From UHGV virus genome UHGV-1732640: a stretch of 14,821 nucleotides of DNA; one strand, given 5' to 3'. The DNA comes from a virus. Shown in pieces: positions 1 through 7,935 of the stretch. The notes beneath the pieces are model-generated. The model was not told the origin of the DNA, did no database searches, and worked only from the letters and a program-made list of their open reading frames with translations. The position numbers and the translations under genes were made by a program. Numbering within the stretch: position 1 is the stretch's first letter; each line of letters begins with the position of its first letter.

Positions 1-186
1 ATCAATATAGATGGACGCGATTGTTGTCAGACAGGACAACCATCACAAGACGTTACAGACGGAGCGCTTACTGGGGGAATAATCAAAAACGATGTACACC
101 GGGTTATTAACGCGTCAACTTAACGTGGGGTTGCTCTTTATGTCAGCCAGTCCGGTGCTGGGGTAGAAAAAACCGGACGTTATGGT

Positions 187-627
187 TTAGTGTGGAAATA
201 TTTGTGATGTGCTCTGTATGTTTTCAGTAAAGAGTAATGAATTATCAAAGGTATAGTAATATCTTTTTTGTTCGTGGATATTTGTAACCCACCGAAAAAC
301 TCCTGCTTTAGCAAGGTTTCTTCTGTATTCCTGAAATGTGATCTCACTGGATTTCAGCTTATTAGAGGTCGTTTCTATAAGATGCCTATCCTTTGAAAAT
401 TTGACAGACACAATGTTTTTTAGGCCCTTTAATAACACTGTATTATCATTTTTTAATACAATATGAACATTATCTGTAGCTAAATAGTAAATGTAATGTG
501 AGACATTGTGACGTTTTAGCTCAGAATAAAACCATTGATAGTTTAAATCGTTTCGAACTTTATCAAATATTTGTTTAAAAATGACTACCTGATCCATAGA
601 TAAACCTTCCATATGGTATGAGGGCAC
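187..627 (-). CDS. Hypothetical accessory protein in AT-rich island (146 aa); possibly related to the YbcV/YdfO-type (DUF1398) proteins of E. coli cryptic prophages
   Basis: Intact 146-codon minus-strand ORF in a region of about 27-30% GC (hand count on 421-480) against about 58% in the structural genes (hand count on 3001-3060). Alternative in-frame starts at Met6 and Met11. Family assignment is from memory and position (between lysis side and small terminase, as in DLP12), not from a search. Confidence 0.55.
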   Translation of the reverse strand: MPSYHMEGLSMDQVVIFKQIFDKVRNDLNYQWFYSELKRHNVSHYIYYLATDNVHIVLKNDNTVLLKGLKNIVSVKFSKDRHLIETTSNKLKSSEITFQEYRRNLAKAGVFRWVTNIHEQKRYYYTFDNSLLFTENIQSTSQIFPH

Positions 628-884
628 GTAGTTTGCAAGATCGTTTTTATCGTTTCAATCTGGTCTGACCTTTATATGTTTTATTGATGATTTATGTCAA
701 AAGTCAGGTGGAAAATACATAGTATTGATTCCGCTATAAAACCTGGTTTTTCTGATATGCCAGGGGGGAAACAAACGACCGATGTATGCAAGATCAACGC
801 GCAGTGACTTCCACACTTCCACGCTCAAAGATTTGAAGTTATATTTTTAGCGACAAGTGAAGAACAAACGCATGGAGCGACAAA

Positions 885-1091
885 ATGCATAAAGATCAAT
901 GTACTGAGGCCCCCTCCCAAGAGCAGGTTCGTGTAAAAACTATGCTTAATAGCACCATTTCGATGAGTTACCCGGATGTTATAATTGCATGTATAGAACA
1001 TCAAGTATCTCTGGAAGCATTCAGGGCAATTGAGGCAGCGTTAGTGAAGCACGATAAGAATACGAAGGATTATTCCCTGGTGGTTGATTGA
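885..1091 (+). CDS. Small hypothetical protein (68 aa), possibly YbcW-like
   Basis: ORF with GGAG about 10 nt upstream of the ATG; divergent from the 187-627 ORF; its size and position match the small ORF that sits before the Nu1 homolog in DLP12-type prophages. Identity is uncertain. Confidence 0.45.
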   Translation: MHKDQCTEAPSQEQVRVKTMLNSTISMSYPDVIIACIEHQVSLEAFRAIEAALVKHDKNTKDYSLVVD

Positions 1092-1377
1092 TCACCATAA
1101 CTGCTAACCATTCTGACCATTTCACAAGTGACAGAGTCAATATCGTCCAGTTCGGATGCTGGCTGCATTTCTGAAGATAAGGCATTTCGGTTCTCGTATT
1201 TTCCCCTCATGCTCGTCAGTCCTGCGCGTAGTAAGAAACAGGACACTCACACTAATTTGTGTGGGCATGCTGTGATGTCCTTCTGAATTATCCCCATGCC
1301 ATTATGTAAAGCTCTGTTTCAGATGCTCGTCACGGTTGTCAGGCTGTCGGGTCCTACCAGTGAGGGGCCCTGCCACG

Positions 1378-1389
1378 GGGCGGGAGCGT
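1378..1389. other. cosN-like cohesive-end core (candidate terminase nicking site)
   Basis: ACG|GGGCGGGAGCGT|CGCGG at 1375-1394 aligns to the lambda cos junction ACG|GGGCGGCGACCT|CGCGGG (8/12 in the 12-nt core, flanks conserved). It lies about 175 bp upstream of the small terminase start, as in lambda. Confidence 0.5.
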
Positions 1390-1438
1390 CGCGGAAAAAG
1401 GCTAGTTTTTGAAATTTCATTCGTCATCACCACTACTG

Positions 1439-1451
1439 TAATGTATTGATA
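1439..1451. promoter_or_regulatory. IHF-consensus match (cosB I1-like) centred in an imperfect inverted repeat
   Basis: TAATGTATTGATA matches YAANNNNTTGATW, the complement of IHF consensus WATCAANNNNTTR. It is flanked by inverted repeat ACTGTAAT (1434-1441) / ATTACAGT (1450-1457) and lies about 50 bp downstream of the cosN-like core in A/T-rich DNA. Confidence 0.35.
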
Positions 1452-1563
1452 TTACAGTGGTTTTATTTTTGTGGTGTCGATTTTGATTGTTTTTTGTTCA
1501 TCACTAACACCGTTTGCCTAAAGTTGTTCGCAAGATGCATGTTTAAAACATTCTGGAGCGGGT

Positions 1564-2058
1564 ATGGATCGAGAGTTAAAAAATCTGACGCTGAATATCA
1601 GTCAACTGGCGGCTCTGTCAGGTGTACATCGCCAGACTGCTGCGGCAAGGCTGCAAAATCTACCCGTTGCAGGGGGGCATGAAAGCAACCTCAAGCTTTA
1701 TCGGGGGGTTGATATTGTGTCGGCATTTCTGGCATTACCACCGCCGGTTGCAGAAGGCGAAATGGACGCGCATGAGCGCAAAGCCTGGTATCAGTCTGAA
1801 CGTGAGCGTCTTAAGTTCGAACAGGAAACGGCACAACTCATTCCGGCCAGTGATGTCAGACGGGAGTTTGCCATCTGGGCAAAAGCGGTCGTGCAGGTGC
1901 TGGAGACATTACCGGATATTCTTGAACGTGACTGCGGTCTGCAGCCTGCCGCTGTGAGCCGTGTTCAGTCCATTATTGATGATCTGCGCGATCAGATAGC
2001 CCTGCGGGTGACCGAAGCAGGTGCGGATGATGAGGAGGAATTACAGCGGGAGGAGTAA
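1564..2058 (+). CDS. Terminase small subunit (Nu1-like, N-terminal helix-turn-helix)
   Basis: 164 aa ORF directly upstream of and overlapping the large terminase (TAATG); GGAG 7 nt before the ATG; N-terminal HTH-like segment LNISQLAALSGVHRQTAAARLQ; acidic C-terminus; sits immediately downstream of the cos-like region. Confidence 0.75.
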   Translation: MDRELKNLTLNISQLAALSGVHRQTAAARLQNLPVAGGHESNLKLYRGVDIVSAFLALPPPVAEGEMDAHERKAWYQSERERLKFEQETAQLIPASDVRREFAIWAKAVVQVLETLPDILERDCGLQPAAVSRVQSIIDDLRDQIALRVTEAGADDEEELQREE

Positions 2059-4160
2059 TGCTGAATCAGGAAACCGCAAAGGCAGCACGAACCGATTCAG
2101 GTTATATCCTTCGCGCACCGAGACGAATGCGGGTTGCTGATGCCGTTGCTCAGTATATGCGGGTGCCCATGGGGGCAGGGAACTCAGTCCCGTGGGATCC
2201 GCTGGTGGCACCGTATGTTATTGAGCCGATGAACTGCCTGGCCTCGCGTGAATACGACGCAGTGATATTTGTTGGCCCGGCACGAACCGGCAAGACTATC
2301 GGCCTGATTGACGGCTGGGTGATTTACAACGTGATTTGCGATCCTGCTGATATGCTGATCATACAGATGACGGAGGAAAAAGCCCGCGAACACTCCAAAA
2401 AACGACTCGCCAGAACGTTTCGCGTCAGCCCGGAAGTGGTCAGTCGCCTGAGTCCGAACAAAAATGACAACAACGTTTATGACAGAACATTCCTTGCTGG
2501 TAACTACCTGAAAATCGGCTGGCCGTCAGTCAATATCATGTCCTCATCAGATTATAAATGCGTCGCGCTGACGGATTATGACCGTTTTCCGGAAGATATT
2601 GATGGCGAGGGGGATGCTTTCTCTCTTGCCTCAAAACGTACCACAACATTTATGTCCAGTGGTATGACGCTTGTGGAGAGTTCCCCCGGCAGGGATGTGA
2701 AGGATGTGAAATGGCGACGGACTTCACCGCATGAGGCTCCACCAACCACGGGGATACTGTCGCTCTATAACCGTGGCGATCGCCGTCGCTGGTACTGGCC
2801 TTGTCCACACTGTGGTGAGTATTTTCAGCCCTGCGGCGATGTGGTTGCTGGTTTCCGTGATATTGCCGATCCCGTGCTGGCAAGTGAGGCGGCTTATATT
2901 CAGTGTCCTTCCTGTTCAGGACGGATTATGCCTGAACAAAAACGTGAGCTGAACGGACGTGGGGTCTGGTTGCGGGATGGTGAATCCATCAATGCGGATG
3001 GCAGTCGTTATGGTGATCCCCGACGCTCACGTATTGCGTCATTCTGGATGGAGGGTCCGGCAGCTGCTTACCAGACACTCTCGCAACTCGTTTACAAACT
3101 GCTTACTGCAGAACAGGAATACGAGACAACCGGAAGTGAAGAAACACTCAAGACGGTTATCAATACCGACTGGGGATTACCTTATCTTCCCCGCGCCAGC
3201 ATGGAGCAACGAAAAAGTGAACTGCTTGAGCAGCGGGCAGAGCCAGTTCCTTCCCGCAGTGTGCCGGATGGCGTTAATTTCCTTGTGGCGACAGTGGATG
3301 TGCAGGCGGGACGTCATCGCCGTTTTGTGGTTCAGGTAACGGGCTATGGCAGCCGTGGCGAACGCTGGATTATTGATCGTTACAACATCACGCAGTCATT
3401 GCGCGGTGACAGCGACGGGGAGAGCCAGCGAATTGATCCGGCCAGCTATCCGGAAGACTGGGATGTCCTGCTGACGGATGTTTTTCATAAAAGCTGGCCG
3501 CTGGCCTCCGATCCTTCTCAACAAATGCGACTGATGGCAATGGCGGTGGACTCCGGCGGTGAAGACGGGGTCACTGATAATGCCTATAAATTCTGGCGTC
3601 GTTGCCGTCGTGATGGCCTTGGTAAACGTATTTACCTGTTTAAGGGCGACAGCATCCGGCGCGCAAAACTGATCACCCGTACATTCCCTGATAACACCGG
3701 ACGAACGGGCCGACGGGCGCAGGCCGCAGGTGATGTGCCGCTCTGGCTTCTTCAGACGGATGCACTGAAAGACCGGGTGAATAACGCGTTATGGCGTGAC
3801 TCGCCAGGTCCCGGCTATGTGCATTTCCCTGACTGGCTGGGGAGTTGGTTTTACGACGAACTGACGTATGAAGAGCGGAGCAGTGACGGGAAATGGAGTA
3901 AGCCAGGTCGCGGTGCCAACGAAGCTTTTGACCTGATGGTGTATGCCGAGGCTCTGGTCATTCTGCATGGATACGAAAAGATCCGCTGGCCGGATGCACC
4001 GGAGTGGGCGAGCCGGGAAACCTGGCTGGAGTGTGTCCCGGACAGTACCGAACCGTCACCCACACCGGAACCGGTATCCACGCCTGTTAAAAAACAAAAA
4101 CGGAAGAAAACAGTAACTGACGATGTTAACCCCTGGCTGACTTCCGGAGGATGGTTATGA
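2058..4160 (+). CDS. Terminase large subunit (lambda gpA family)
   Basis: 700 aa; Walker A-like GPARTGKT; CPHCGEYF Cys/His motif comparable to lambda gpA CPHCGEEQ; strong RBS GGGAGGAG; start overlaps the small terminase stop. Confidence 0.9.
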   Translation: MLNQETAKAARTDSGYILRAPRRMRVADAVAQYMRVPMGAGNSVPWDPLVAPYVIEPMNCLASREYDAVIFVGPARTGKTIGLIDGWVIYNVICDPADMLIIQMTEEKAREHSKKRLARTFRVSPEVVSRLSPNKNDNNVYDRTFLAGNYLKIGWPSVNIMSSSDYKCVALTDYDRFPEDIDGEGDAFSLASKRTTTFMSSGMTLVESSPGRDVKDVKWRRTSPHEAPPTTGILSLYNRGDRRRWYWPCPHCGEYFQPCGDVVAGFRDIADPVLASEAAYIQCPSCSGRIMPEQKRELNGRGVWLRDGESINADGSRYGDPRRSRIASFWMEGPAAAYQTLSQLVYKLLTAEQEYETTGSEETLKTVINTDWGLPYLPRASMEQRKSELLEQRAEPVPSRSVPDGVNFLVATVDVQAGRHRRFVVQVTGYGSRGERWIIDRYNITQSLRGDSDGESQRIDPASYPEDWDVLLTDVFHKSWPLASDPSQQMRLMAMAVDSGGEDGVTDNAYKFWRRCRRDGLGKRIYLFKGDSIRRAKLITRTFPDNTGRTGRRAQAAGDVPLWLLQTDALKDRVNNALWRDSPGPGYVHFPDWLGSWFYDELTYEERSSDGKWSKPGRGANEAFDLMVYAEALVILHGYEKIRWPDAPEWASRETWLECVPDSTEPSPTPEPVSTPVKKQKRKKTVTDDVNPWLTSGGWL

Positions 4161-4369
4161 ACGAGAATGATATCGAAGCCATGATTCAGCGTTATACGGA
4201 AGCTGAAATGGCGGTGCTGGACGGAAAATCCGTCACCTTTAATGGTCAGCAGATGACCATGGAAAACTTATCTGAGATCCGGCAGGGGCGGCAGGAGTGG
4301 GAGCGCCGCCTTGCGGCTCTGATTACACGACGACGGGGGCATCCCGGGTACCGGCTGGCGAGGTTCTGA
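4157..4369 (+). CDS. W: Head-tail connector / head-stabilising protein (gpW-like)
   Basis: 70 aa; C-terminal RRRGHPGY resembles lambda W C-terminus RRRGPAGFYV; position between large terminase and portal as in lambda; GGAGG 6 nt upstream; ATGA overlap with the terminase stop. The ATG at 4151 is too close to the RBS. Confidence 0.7.
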   Translation: MNENDIEAMIQRYTEAEMAVLDGKSVTFNGQQMTMENLSEIRQGRQEWERRLAALITRRRGHPGYRLARF

Positions 4370-5877
4370 TGGCAATTCTTGATGATGTGATTGGCGTTTT
4401 TTCACCAGGATGGAAAGCGGCAAGGCTGCGTTCCCGTGCGGTGATCCAGGCTTATGAGGCCGTAAAAACGACGCGGACACACAAAGCCCGGCGGGAAAAC
4501 CGAACTGCCGACCAGTTAAGCCAGTACGGGGCCGTGTCGTTACGTGAGCAGGCCCGTTACCTTGATAACAACCACGATCTGGTCATTGGTGTATTTGACA
4601 AGCTGGAAGAACGGGTGGTGGGGAAAAACGGGATTATTGTCGAGCCACATCCGGTATTACGCAATGGGGCCATTGCCCGTGACCTGGCTGCGGAGATTCG
4701 CACCCGATGGAGTGAATGGTCTGTCAGCCCGGAAGTCACCGGGCAGTTTACCCGTCCGATGCTGGAACGTCTGATGCTGCGTACCTGGCTGCGCGATGGT
4801 GAGGTGTTTGTCCAGATGGTTTCCGGGCGCATAAACAGCCTGACGCCTTCTGCCGGTGTTCATTTCTGGCTGGAGGCACTCGAGCCGGACTTTATTCCCA
4901 TGACCAGTGATGAGAGCAACAGGCTGAATCAGGGCGTGTTTGTTGATGACTGGGGGCGTCCCGAAAAATATCTGGTGTATAAAAGTCGTCCCGTATCCGG
5001 ACGGCAGATGGAAACCAAAGAAGTGGATGCAGAGCGAATGCTGCATCTTAAATTTGTTCGCCGTCTGCACCAGATGCGCGGGACGTCTTTGTTGTCCGGT
5101 GTGCTGATCCGCCTCAGTGCCCTGAAAGAGTATGAAGATTCTGAGCTGACTGCAGCAAGGATCGCCGCTGCTCTGGGGATGTACATCCGGAAAGGCGACG
5201 GGCAGAGCTATGAACCGGATGGTAATGGCAGCAAGGATAAGGAACGCGAGCTTACCATTCAGCCAGGCATTATTTACGACGATCTGAAACCCGGCGAAGA
5301 AATCGGAATGGTGAAGTCGGATCGTCCCAATCCTAACCTTGAAACTTTTCGTAATGGTCAGTTGCGTGCCGTGGCGGCGGGCAGTCGTCTGAGTTTTTCC
5401 AGTACGGCACGCAACTATAACGGCACTTACAGCGCCCAGCGTCAGGAGCTGGTTGAATCCACTGATGGCTACCTGATCCTGCAGGACTGGTTTATTGGTG
5501 CCGTCACCCGCCCGATGTATCGTGCCTGGCTGAAACAGGCTGTGGCATCCGGTGTTATCAGGCTACCCCGCGATCTTGACCGTTCTTCACTGTATACCGC
5601 GGTGTATTCCGGACCGGTGATGCCGTGGATTGACCCTGTTAAGGAGGCTGAGGCCTGGAAAATTCAGATTCGTGGTGGAGCAGCGACAGAATCAGACTGG
5701 GTACGTGCAGGTGGTCGTAATCCGAATGATGTCAAACGTCGGCGCAAGGCCGAAATTGATGAAAACCGCACGCTGGATCTGGTATTTGATACCGATCCGG
5801 CCAGTGATAAAGGAGGCAGCAGTGCCGCAACGAAACGACAAGAGCCGCAGCACACCGACGACCAGTCCGAAGAATAA
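4369..5877 (+). CDS. Portal protein (lambda gpB family)
   Basis: 502 aa from the ATG at 4369, which overlaps the W stop (TGATG) and has GAGG 5 nt upstream; the ORF extends upstream to 4297 but without a plausible start. Segment SRLSFSSTARNY resembles lambda B MSYSTARAS; position after W. Confidence 0.88.
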   Translation: MAILDDVIGVFSPGWKAARLRSRAVIQAYEAVKTTRTHKARRENRTADQLSQYGAVSLREQARYLDNNHDLVIGVFDKLEERVVGKNGIIVEPHPVLRNGAIARDLAAEIRTRWSEWSVSPEVTGQFTRPMLERLMLRTWLRDGEVFVQMVSGRINSLTPSAGVHFWLEALEPDFIPMTSDESNRLNQGVFVDDWGRPEKYLVYKSRPVSGRQMETKEVDAERMLHLKFVRRLHQMRGTSLLSGVLIRLSALKEYEDSELTAARIAAALGMYIRKGDGQSYEPDGNGSKDKERELTIQPGIIYDDLKPGEEIGMVKSDRPNPNLETFRNGQLRAVAAGSRLSFSSTARNYNGTYSAQRQELVESTDGYLILQDWFIGAVTRPMYRAWLKQAVASGVIRLPRDLDRSSLYTAVYSGPVMPWIDPVKEAEAWKIQIRGGAATESDWVRAGGRNPNDVKRRRKAEIDENRTLDLVFDTDPASDKGGSSAATKRQEPQHTDDQSEE

Positions 5878-5890
5878 TTCCTGGTTCAGG

Positions 5891-7849
5891 ATGCAGGCTG
5901 GTCACCAGAGTGACGCGGATATTTATATTTATGACGAGATTGGTTTCTGGGGTGTTACAGCGAAGCAGTTTATCAGTGATCTGAATGCACTGGGCGATAT
6001 CACCCACATTAATCTCCATATCAATTCACCGGGTGGCGATGTCTTTGAAGGCATCGCCATTTTTAATGCACTGAAAACACATGGTGCGTCCATTACCGTT
6101 TATGTCGACGGTGTGGCGGCGTCAATGGCGTCGGTCATTGCGATGGTGGGAAACCCGGTCATTATGCCGGAAAACACCTTCATGATGATTCATAAACCAT
6201 TTGGCTTTACGGGCGGTGATGCGGAGGACATGCGCACCTATGCCGACCTGCTCGATAAGGTTGAGGCGGTTCTGTTACCCGCTTATGCACAGAAAACCGG
6301 GAAAACCACCGATGAAATTGCTGCCATGCTGGCGGATGAGACCTGGATGTCCGGTGCCGAATGTCTGGCACATGGATTTGCTGATCAGGTGACGCCAGCC
6401 GTTAAGGCAATGGCATGTATTCAGTCAAAACGTACAGAGGAATTTAAAAAGATGCCGGAATCCATTCGAAACATGATTACTCCGCCACGCAACAGTGCTC
6501 CACGCGTACAGGATGATGAACCTGCAGCCTCCCGGACGCCAGTGCAGGCAGCAGCACCCGTGGTGGATGAAAACAGTATCCGTGCGCAGGTACTGGCAGA
6601 GCAAAAAGCGCGTGTAAACGGTATTAATGATCTGTTTGCCATGTTTGGCGGGCGTTATCAGACGCTGCAGGCTCAGTGTCTTGCCGATCCTGAATGTTCG
6701 CTGGAGCAGGCCCGCGAAAAGCTGTTGAACGAGATGGGGCGCGAGTCCACGCCATCCAATAAAAATACACCGGCTCATATTTATGCCGGTAACGGTAATT
6801 TTGTGGGGGACGGGATCCGCCAGGCGCTGATGGCGCGTGCCGGATTTGAAAAAACCGAACGTGATAATGTCTACAACGGGATGACCCTGCGTGAATATGC
6901 CCGTATGTCACTGACTGAACGGGGTATTGGGGTTTCCAGTTATAACCCGATGCAGATGGTCGGTGCGGCGTTCACACACAGTACGTCTGACTTCGGTAAT
7001 ATTCTGCTGGATGTTGCGAACAAAGCCATTCTGCAGGGCTGGGAAGATGCTCCTGAAACCTATGAACAGTGGACGCGGAAAGGTCAGTTGTCTGATTTTA
7101 AAATTGCCCATCGTGTGGGTATGGGGGGCTTCAGTGCTCTGCGTCAGGTGCGTGAAGGGGCGGAATATAAATACGTCACCACCGGAGATAAACAGGCCAC
7201 TATTGCACTGGCGACCTATGGCGAGCTGTTCAGTATCACCCGTCAGGCCATTATCAATGATGATCTGAATATGCTGACCGATGTCCCGATGAAACTGGGC
7301 CGTGCGGCGAAATCCACTATTGCCGATCTGGTTTATGCCATTCTGACGTCTAACCCGAAAATCTCCACAGATAATGTAAGTCTGTTCGATAAAGCGAAAC
7401 ATGCAAACGTACTGGAGAGCGCTGCAATGGACGTGGCATCGCTGGATAAAGCCCGCCAGTTGATGCGCGTTCAGAAAGAGGGGGAGCGTCATCTGAATAT
7501 TCGTCCTGCGTTCGTACTGGTACCGACGGCGATGGAGTCTGTTGCTAACCAGGTCATTCGCTCCTCAAGTGTCAAGGGGGCTGACATTAACGCCGGTATT
7601 ATTAACCCGGTGAAAGATTTTGCGACCGTTATTGCAGAGCCTCGTCTTGATGATAACAGCCAGACCACCTTCTACCTGGCTGCGTCAAAAGGCTCCGATA
7701 CGATTGAAGTGGCTTATCTCAACGGTGTGGATACGCCATATATTGATCAGATGGAGGGCTTCAGTGTGGATGGCGTGACAACGAAAGTGCGTATTGACGC
7801 CGGTGTCGCGCCAGTTGATCACCGCGGTCTGGTGAAATGTACGGTGTAA
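5891..7849 (+). CDS. Prohead protease (ClpP-like, S14-type) fused to linker/scaffold region and HK97-fold major capsid protein
   Basis: One uninterrupted frame. N-terminal about 200 aa has ClpP-like motifs (IYIYDEIG, NSPGGDVFEGIAIFNAL, AASMASVIAMVG, MMIHKP); the C-terminal about 330 aa resembles an HK97-type major capsid protein. Start uncertain: ATG 5891 has a weak RBS, while in-frame GTG 5822 follows AAGGAGG by 5 nt. Confidence 0.85.
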   Translation: MQAGHQSDADIYIYDEIGFWGVTAKQFISDLNALGDITHINLHINSPGGDVFEGIAIFNALKTHGASITVYVDGVAASMASVIAMVGNPVIMPENTFMMIHKPFGFTGGDAEDMRTYADLLDKVEAVLLPAYAQKTGKTTDEIAAMLADETWMSGAECLAHGFADQVTPAVKAMACIQSKRTEEFKKMPESIRNMITPPRNSAPRVQDDEPAASRTPVQAAAPVVDENSIRAQVLAEQKARVNGINDLFAMFGGRYQTLQAQCLADPECSLEQAREKLLNEMGRESTPSNKNTPAHIYAGNGNFVGDGIRQALMARAGFEKTERDNVYNGMTLREYARMSLTERGIGVSSYNPMQMVGAAFTHSTSDFGNILLDVANKAILQGWEDAPETYEQWTRKGQLSDFKIAHRVGMGGFSALRQVREGAEYKYVTTGDKQATIALATYGELFSITRQAIINDDLNMLTDVPMKLGRAAKSTIADLVYAILTSNPKISTDNVSLFDKAKHANVLESAAMDVASLDKARQLMRVQKEGERHLNIRPAFVLVPTAMESVANQVIRSSSVKGADINAGIINPVKDFATVIAEPRLDDNSQTTFYLAASKGSDTIEVAYLNGVDTPYIDQMEGFSVDGVTTKVRIDAGVAPVDHRGLVKCTV

Positions 7850-7871
7850 ACGTCGCAGACAACAACTCTGA

Positions 7872-7891
7872 TGGCCCGTAAGGGCTTTTTT
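7872..7891 (+). terminator. Rho-independent terminator-like hairpin after the capsid gene
   Basis: GGCCC-GTAA-GGGC stem-loop followed by a 7-T run, 22 nt after the capsid stop; a second GC hairpin (7904-7920) follows without a T-tract. Confidence 0.5.
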
Positions 7892-7935
7892 TGTACCTGA
7901 AATCAGCCCCTGAACGGGGCTGTGCGGAGACAGTT

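Noticed and set aside
1-123. Open + strand frame running from the window start to a TAA at 121-123 (about 40 codons), possibly the 3' end of an upstream gene
   Set aside because: Too short and truncated to assess; no recognisable motif; cannot tell coding from chance without upstream sequence.
150-180. Possible hairpin (GTCCGG ... CCGGAC) downstream of the minus-strand ORF as a terminator
   Set aside because: The loop is about 14 nt and there is no clear U-tract in the correct orientation; not convincing as an intrinsic terminator.
1218-1244. Inverted repeat GTCCTG ... CAGGAC in the non-coding region upstream of cos
   Set aside because: Only a 6-bp stem with a 14-nt loop; could be chance. 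No supporting feature such as a T-tract or adjacent gene end.
1446-1957. ORFs 1446-1682 (+) and 1622-1957 (+) overlapping the cos region and small terminase
   Set aside because: Out-of-frame overlaps of the small terminase gene and cos region, no RBS, Cys/Arg-rich low-complexity translations typical of off-frame reading of GC-rich coding DNA.
2184-5186. Minus-strand and off-frame ORFs inside terminase and portal genes (2184-2393, 2650-2883, 2731-2952, 2959-3339, 3851-4081, 4268-4480, 4544-4774, 4557-4832, 4657-5070, 4929-5186)
   Set aside because: All are embedded in, or antisense to, well-supported long structural genes; translations are Arg/Pro/Ser-rich with no motifs; consistent with shadow ORFs in GC-rich coding sequence.
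5630-5821. Upstream extension of the protease-capsid ORF to ATG 5630 (and in-frame ATGs at 5723, 5726, 5759)
   Set aside because: These starts lie deep inside the portal gene with no RBS and would create a long out-of-frame overlap; initiation at GTG 5822 or ATG 5891 is far more plausible.
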